Shown here in pieces: positions 59,356-64,000 of a stretch of DNA of 64,000 bases. Made by a program: the position numbers and the translations under genes. How positions within the stretch are numbered: the first letter of the stretch is position 1; each line of letters begins with the position of its first letter. Source of the stretch: an uncultured Acidobacteriota bacterium (lineage in GTDB: Bacteria > Acidobacteriota > Thermoanaerobaculia > Multivoradales > UBA5704). The stretch spans positions 4,160,001 to 4,224,000 of the forward strand of contig OY969474.1 in NCBI GenBank assembly GCA_963700145.1. Direction: 5' to 3'. The notes under the pieces were generated by a model. The model was not told where the DNA came from. It searched no databases and saw only the letters and a list, made by a program, of their open reading frames with translations.

Positions 59356-60958
59356 GCTTCTTCAAGTTGCCGGCGGCCACCTGGTCGTCCGGCTTGATCT
59401 CCAGCACCTTCTCGAGCAGCGTCCGCGCCTGGGCGAAGTCGCCGCGGACCATCAGCAGCACAGCGAGGTCGTTCATCGCCGGCACGTAGGCCGGGGCGAG
59501 CTGGAGGGCGCGCCGGAAGTCGGCCTCGGCCGCGTCGGGCTGGCCCATGGCGAGCTGGACGACGCCGCGCTGGTAGACGGCGTCGGGGTTGTCGGGAGCG
59601 AGGCGCAGCGTGTCCTGCGCCACCTGGAGCGCTTCGTCCAGGCGCTTGAGCGAGAGCAGGGCGCGGATCGAGAGGACGCGCGGCCAGAGGTCGCCGGGCG
59701 CGGCCGCCGCCGCCTTCCGCGTCAGCTCGAGCGCCTTCTCGAACTGGCCGAGCTCGAGCAGCTTCAACGCCTCGCGCAGCGCCGGGTCCGCCGGCACGTT
59801 GGGCCCCTCCTTCGCCGCGGCGGCCGCCACCTGCGCTTCGGCCGACAGCTCGGAGAAGCGGGCGAGCGCCTTCTGGGCGTCGTCGCGCCGGCCGGCGCCC
59901 GTCAGCGACTGGCCGTAGGTCTGCCAGGCCTGGGTGTCGCGCGGCAGGAGCTGCGTGGCCTTTTCCAGCACCGGCACCGCCTCGGCGTGCCTGCCCGCCG
60001 CGACCAGCATCCGGCCGTAGGCGCGGACGATGGCGCCGGCCAGAGCGCGCGCGTCGTCCCGCTGCGGCGGCGCCTTCTGGTCGCGCACCGCCTCGGCGAG
60101 GGGGCGGAGCTGGGCCAGCGCCCGGTCCACCTCGCCCCGCTGGTAGAGGGCGTCGGAGAGGAGGAGCGCGGTGGCGGGGTCCTGCAAGTCCCCCTGCTCG
60201 AGCAGCGCGATCGCCGCCGCCGAGTCGCCGGTCGCGAGGTGAGCGTCGGCCAGCATGCGGTAGAGGTCGGCCTTCATCTCGGGGGGGTGCTGCGCGCGCA
60301 GCGGCTCGAGCATCGCCAGCGCGGCGCGCGGGTCCCCCTGGGCGAGCAGGAGCTTGCCGCGCAGGAGACGCACCTTGGGCTGCTCCTCCGGCGTACCGGC
60401 GAGGAGCGCCGCGGCGTCCTCCCGCCGGCCGAGCTGCAGGGCGAGGAGGGCCGCCGCGAGGCGGTTGTCGAGGTCCTCCGGATGGGCCGTCGCCCAGGGG
60501 CGGAGGAGGGCGTAGGCGGCCACCGGGTCGCCCTCCTGCGCGAGGGCGATGCCGAGCTCGCGGCCGGCCGGCGAGACCGGCGCCAGCTTGGCCGCGCGCT
60601 CCAGGTAGCCGCGCCCCTTCTCCGGCAGCCCCGCCGCGAGCGCGGCGCGGGCGGCGTTGTAGAGGACAGCCGGATCGGCGTCCGGCTTGTCGGCGAGCGG
60701 CACGAGGAGACCGTAGGCCTCGGTGCCGCGCCCGGCCTCCAGATAGAGGGCGCCGAGCATCGAGAGGACGATCACCGGCGTGTCGGGCTGCGCGCGCAGC
60801 GGCTCGAGCGCGGCGATGGCGCCCGCCATGTCGCTGGCTGCCAGGCGCTCCTGCGCCGCGATGAGCGCCTGGGCCGCCGCGGGGGGGACGGGCGCCGGGG
60901 TCTGCTGGGCCGCAAGAGGGGCGGCGAGAAGAAGCAGCGAGAGCAAAAGACTCTTCAT
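59330..60958 (-). CDS. Exported multi-TPR protein
   Basis: Signal peptide MKSLLLSLLLLAAPLAA; SD AAGGAG; TPR repeats. Confidence 0.85.
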   Translation of the reverse strand: MKSLLLSLLLLAAPLAAQQTPAPVPPAAAQALIAAQERLAASDMAGAIAALEPLRAQPDTPVIVLSMLGALYLEAGRGTEAYGLLVPLADKPDADPAVLYNAARAALAAGLPEKGRGYLERAAKLAPVSPAGRELGIALAQEGDPVAAYALLRPWATAHPEDLDNRLAAALLALQLGRREDAAALLAGTPEEQPKVRLLRGKLLLAQGDPRAALAMLEPLRAQHPPEMKADLYRMLADAHLATGDSAAAIALLEQGDLQDPATALLLSDALYQRGEVDRALAQLRPLAEAVRDQKAPPQRDDARALAGAIVRAYGRMLVAAGRHAEAVPVLEKATQLLPRDTQAWQTYGQSLTGAGRRDDAQKALARFSELSAEAQVAAAAAKEGPNVPADPALREALKLLELGQFEKALELTRKAAAAAPGDLWPRVLSIRALLSLKRLDEALQVAQDTLRLAPDNPDAVYQRGVVQLAMGQPDAAEADFRRALQLAPAYVPAMNDLAVLLMVRGDFAQARTLLEKVLEIKPDDQVAAGNLKKLKEKEGRS

Positions 60959-60997
60959 TAGGAACTCCTTGATGCCTTCTCGGGATGACATCGATTC

Positions 60998-63148
60998 CTA
61001 GCCGAGGGCGCGGAGCTGTTCGGACTGCGGGTAGGCGCGGCGCGCGTAGCGCAGCAGGTCGGCGGCGCCGCGGGCGTCGCCCAGGACGCGCAAGGTCTCG
61101 ACCGCCGCCGCGTAGGCGGAGGCCGAGCGGTTCTCTTCGACCATCTGGCGGAGGACGCGCACCCCCTCCCGCGGGTTGCCGGAGCTGACGTAGAGGACCG
61201 CCAGGCGAGTGTGGGCGTCGAGGTTCTCGGGGTAGCGGCGCAGCTCTTCGAGGAACTCGCGCTTGGCCGCCTCCGCGCGGCCCTGGCGCGCCAGGACGTC
61301 GCCGTAGACCAGGTGGAAGCCGGCCGGGTCCTCGCGCTCCTCGCGGCGCGTCAGCTCCGCCTCGGCTTGCTGCACGAGGCCGAGCGCCTCGCCGACCTTG
61401 TCGCGCCGCGCCAGCACCTGGGCCAGGCCGACGAGCGGCTGCACCTGCGAGCCGCGCTCGCCGACCGCGGCGCGGGCGTGCCGCTCGGCGCCGTCGAAGT
61501 CCTTGGCGGCCAGCGCGATGTCGGCCAGCCGCCAGTGCGCCTGCGCCGGGCTCGACGCGAGCCCCAGCTCGGCGTGCTGCCGCGCCTCCTCCAGCCGTCC
61601 CATCTCCTGGTAGAGCGCGGCGAGGTTGAGGGCGAACTGCGTCGAGCTCCCCGACAGCCGGAGCGCCTCCTCGTAAGCCGCCGCGGCCTCGCCGAAGCGC
61701 CCCAGCCGCCAGTAGGAGAGCGCGAGCTGCTCGCGCGGGTCCTGCATGCGCGGGTTGTCGGCCAGGATGCGGAGGAGGATCGGGATCGCCTGCGCGTACT
61801 CCTTGCGGAAGAAGTGCTTGCCGGCGGTGGTCAGGTCGGCGAGGACGTGGAGCTGGGTCTTGGGGTCGGGCAGCGCCCCCTCGTCGGCGCCGAGGGCGGG
61901 GCTCGCAAGGTACCCCAGCGCGGCGAGCTTCTGCGCCGTCTCCGGGTCCACCTCTTCGGGTTTGGCGAGCGGCTTGGCGAAGCGCTCGACCTCCTCGCGC
62001 AGGGCCGCGTAGGTCCGCCGCTCGCGGGTCAGGATGTTGGTCTTCTCGCCGGGGTCGGCGGCGAGGTCGTAGAGCTCCGGGGTGGGGGCCTGGATGAAGT
62101 GCCGGTCGCCGCGGATGACGGAGGTCAGCTCGCTCCACCCCATGTGCTGGCGCGCGAACCAGGTCTCGGCGTAGATCGGCCGCGGCGCGGTCTCCACCGC
62201 GAGGTCGAGGAGTGGCGTGCCCTTGGCCGCCGCCGGGACCGCGCCGCCGACCAGCCGCAGCACGGTCGGCAGCACGTCCACGAGCTGCGCCGGCGCCGCC
62301 ACCGTCTCGCCCGCCCGCTTGGCGCCGGGGAGCTTGACCAGCAGCGGCACCTGCAGCGTCTCGCGGTAGAGGAAGATGCCGTGCTCGTCCTCGCCGTGGT
62401 CGCCGAGGCCCTCGCCGTGGTCGGAGAGCAGGACGACGAGCGCCTGGTCGTAGACCCCCAGCTCCTTGAGCCGCGCGACGAGGCGGCCGACGATGGCGTC
62501 GGCGGCGGCGACGTCACCGTCGTACTTGTTGGCGTAGCGCGAGGCGAAGGGCTCGGGCGGCGCGTACGGGGTGTGGGGCTCGTAGAGATGGAAGAAGAGG
62601 AAGAACTTGCCCTTGGCGACGCCGTCCAGCCAGCCGCTCGCCAGGCGCAGGGTCTCGCTGCCCGGACGCTGCTGGCCGCCCAAGGGGGCGCCGCGCTTGG
62701 TTTCGATGGAGTCTTCGTAGTAGTCGAAGCCGGGGCCGAGGCCGGTCTGGCCGCGGAGGACGAAGCTCGAGACGGCGCCGCCGGTCGAGTAGCCGAGTTT
62801 TTTGAGCTCGCGCGGCAGGAAGGGGACTTTTTCGAGGTCTAAGGTGTAGCCGGTGTTGTCGCGGACGCCGTGGTCGGGGGGGAGGAGGCCGGTGAGGATG
62901 GAGGCGTGGGAGGGGAGGGTCAAGGGGTAGTGGCTGTAGGCCTTCTCGAAGAGGACGGCGTCACGGCGGAGGGCGTCGATGGCTGGGGTTTGGACGCCCT
63001 GGTAGCCGTAGGCGGGGAGGTGGTCGGAACGGAGGGTGTCGATCGAGATGAGGACGACGGGGGCGCCGGGGAAGGATTCGCCGCCGCCGATGCGGCCGCA
63101 GGCGGCGGTGAGGAGGACCAAGAGGAAGAAGGCTAGGCGTCGGGTCAT
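60998..63148 (-). CDS. Sulfatase-like (Thr-type) hydrolase lipoprotein with C-terminal TPRs
   Basis: TAAC lipobox, ISIDTLR.D, PLTLPSHASILTG, HLYEPH, SDHGE, ELYDL..DP.E, L.ALGY; start ATG 63148. Confidence 0.88.
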   Translation of the reverse strand: MTRRLAFFLLVLLTAACGRIGGGESFPGAPVVLISIDTLRSDHLPAYGYQGVQTPAIDALRRDAVLFEKAYSHYPLTLPSHASILTGLLPPDHGVRDNTGYTLDLEKVPFLPRELKKLGYSTGGAVSSFVLRGQTGLGPGFDYYEDSIETKRGAPLGGQQRPGSETLRLASGWLDGVAKGKFFLFFHLYEPHTPYAPPEPFASRYANKYDGDVAAADAIVGRLVARLKELGVYDQALVVLLSDHGEGLGDHGEDEHGIFLYRETLQVPLLVKLPGAKRAGETVAAPAQLVDVLPTVLRLVGGAVPAAAKGTPLLDLAVETAPRPIYAETWFARQHMGWSELTSVIRGDRHFIQAPTPELYDLAADPGEKTNILTRERRTYAALREEVERFAKPLAKPEEVDPETAQKLAALGYLASPALGADEGALPDPKTQLHVLADLTTAGKHFFRKEYAQAIPILLRILADNPRMQDPREQLALSYWRLGRFGEAAAAYEEALRLSGSSTQFALNLAALYQEMGRLEEARQHAELGLASSPAQAHWRLADIALAAKDFDGAERHARAAVGERGSQVQPLVGLAQVLARRDKVGEALGLVQQAEAELTRREEREDPAGFHLVYGDVLARQGRAEAAKREFLEELRRYPENLDAHTRLAVLYVSSGNPREGVRVLRQMVEENRSASAYAAAVETLRVLGDARGAADLLRYARRAYPQSEQLRALG

Positions 63149-63232
63149 GGGATCGACTGCTGCTGTGGATTCGCGTTGGCGGGGGACGAAGAATACCACC
63201 AGATGCCGTCCAGATGCCGTCGTTCCGGTGTG

Positions 63233-63400
63233 GGGGCCGGGAGGCTCCCCTCCGCGCCGGGCGCTCCTTTGTGTCCGCGCTTCGCGTGCCGGCACAGAGG
63301 GGTGGTGGCGGCAAACGCGGCGGTGGCTCCGGCGCCTCGCACGGTGGACTGCCGGGGGGAGCGGACGGAGCGCCCGGTGCTCCAGGGACCTCCCGGCCCC
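63233..63400. repeat. About 170-bp element bounded by about 35-bp imperfect inverted repeats
   Basis: GGGGCCGGGAGG...CCGGGCGCTCC versus GGAGCGCCCGG...CCTCCCGGCCCC. Confidence 0.65.
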
Positions 63401-63441
63401 GGGACCGGTGGTGGAGCCCTTGCGGGAGTGAGCTCCCTCCT

Positions 63442-63478
63442 TGTCATCCCGAGCGCAGCCGAGGGATCTGGGCGGGGG
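63442..63478 (+). repeat. Second copy of the GTCATCCCGAG-type repeat
   Basis: Identical to 26827-26863. Confidence 0.9.
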
Positions 63479-63503
63479 GAGCCTGCGGTATCCTCCGCCT
63501 CCG

Positions 63504-64000
63504 ATGTTCGGCAGGACGATTTGCGCGCTCTTTCTCACCTGTGTAATGGCCGCCGCGGCCGTTGCTCAGGACGCCGCCGCGCTGCGCGAAGCAGGGGAGC
63601 GGCGGATTGCGGCTCGGGAGTATTCGGCGGCGATCCTGGTGCTGGAGAAGGCGGTGGCGTTGGAGCCTCAGGGGGCGGCGGGGCATGCTGCGCTGGGGCG
63701 GGCGCTGGCGCTGGAGAGGCGGTTTGCGGAGGGGGCGGAGCATTTGCGGCGGGCGATCGCGCTGGGGGATCCGCGGATCGCCACGCGGCTCTATCTCGGC
63801 GCGGCGCTCTGGGAGTCGGGGCAGGTGGAGGCGGCGGAGCGGGTGTTCCGGGCTGCGACGGACGAGAGCGGTGGGGCCGTCCAGGCCTTGCACCAGCTCG
63901 CAAGGTTGCTCCTCTGGCAGGGGCGGCACGCCGACGCGCTGCCGCTTCTCGAGCGCGCCGCGCGGATGACGCCGGACGCGGTCGAGATGCAGTGGGACCT
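63504..64000 (+). CDS. Exported TPR protein (runs off the window end)
   Basis: MFGRTICALFLTCVMAAAAVAQ...LEKAVALEP...GHAALGRAL...; no stop before the edge. Confidence 0.78.
   Translation, partial: MFGRTICALFLTCVMAAAAVAQDAAALREAGERRIAAREYSAAILVLEKAVALEPQGAAGHAALGRALALERRFAEGAEHLRRAIALGDPRIATRLYLGAALWESGQVEAAERVFRAATDESGGAVQALHQLARLLLWQGRHADALPLLERAARMTPDAVEMQWD

Noticed and set aside
63149-63538. N-terminal extension of the sulfatase-like ORF
   Set aside because: It translates intergenic repeats; the lipoprotein signal begins at ATG 63148.

Overview
Very GC-rich bacterial chromosomal segment. Gene content (Cys-type CcmE, Thr-type sulfatase-TPR, CRTAC1/ASPIC, fused membrane spermidine-synthase-like protein) suggests Acidobacteriota, possibly Thermoanaerobaculia-like; this is inference only. 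The backbone runs: secD-secF-rel, rpmB, pilMNOPQ plus three Ig/IPT-type lipoproteins, TPR-roadblock-accB-accC-thiE-aroK-phosphoesterase, ccmABCDEF (minus strand), HEAT-PPIase/thioredoxin, ECF sigma/anti-sigma, hbd, iorAB-like, proS, a CNNM transporter, and a cell-envelope CRTAC1/pentein/glycosyltransferase/TPR/sulfatase cluster. Accessory DNA includes vapBC plus a 21-bp periodic array (4.9-7.0 kb), a higher-order 21-bp array with a decayed symE-like gene (26.9-27.8 kb), a lower-GC integron cassette array with no integrase in the window (CALIN-like, about 28.0-33.9 kb) carrying PD-(D/E)XK, HEPN-like, YjzC-like and toxin-antitoxin genes, and an AbiEii-type module flanked by 23-bp direct repeats. 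The strongest leads are the cassette array, the (A)n-B-C 21-bp array, a ComEA-like helix-hairpin-helix domain inserted in SecF, and the secretin-linked Ig-lipoprotein trio with a mosaic tip gene. Smaller leads are GTAG-type REPs that supply stop codons and terminators, two probable CTG starts, and frequent leaderless-type promoters. I saw no rRNA, tRNA, CRISPR or transposase. All family calls come from motif recognition by eye; no database searches were run.
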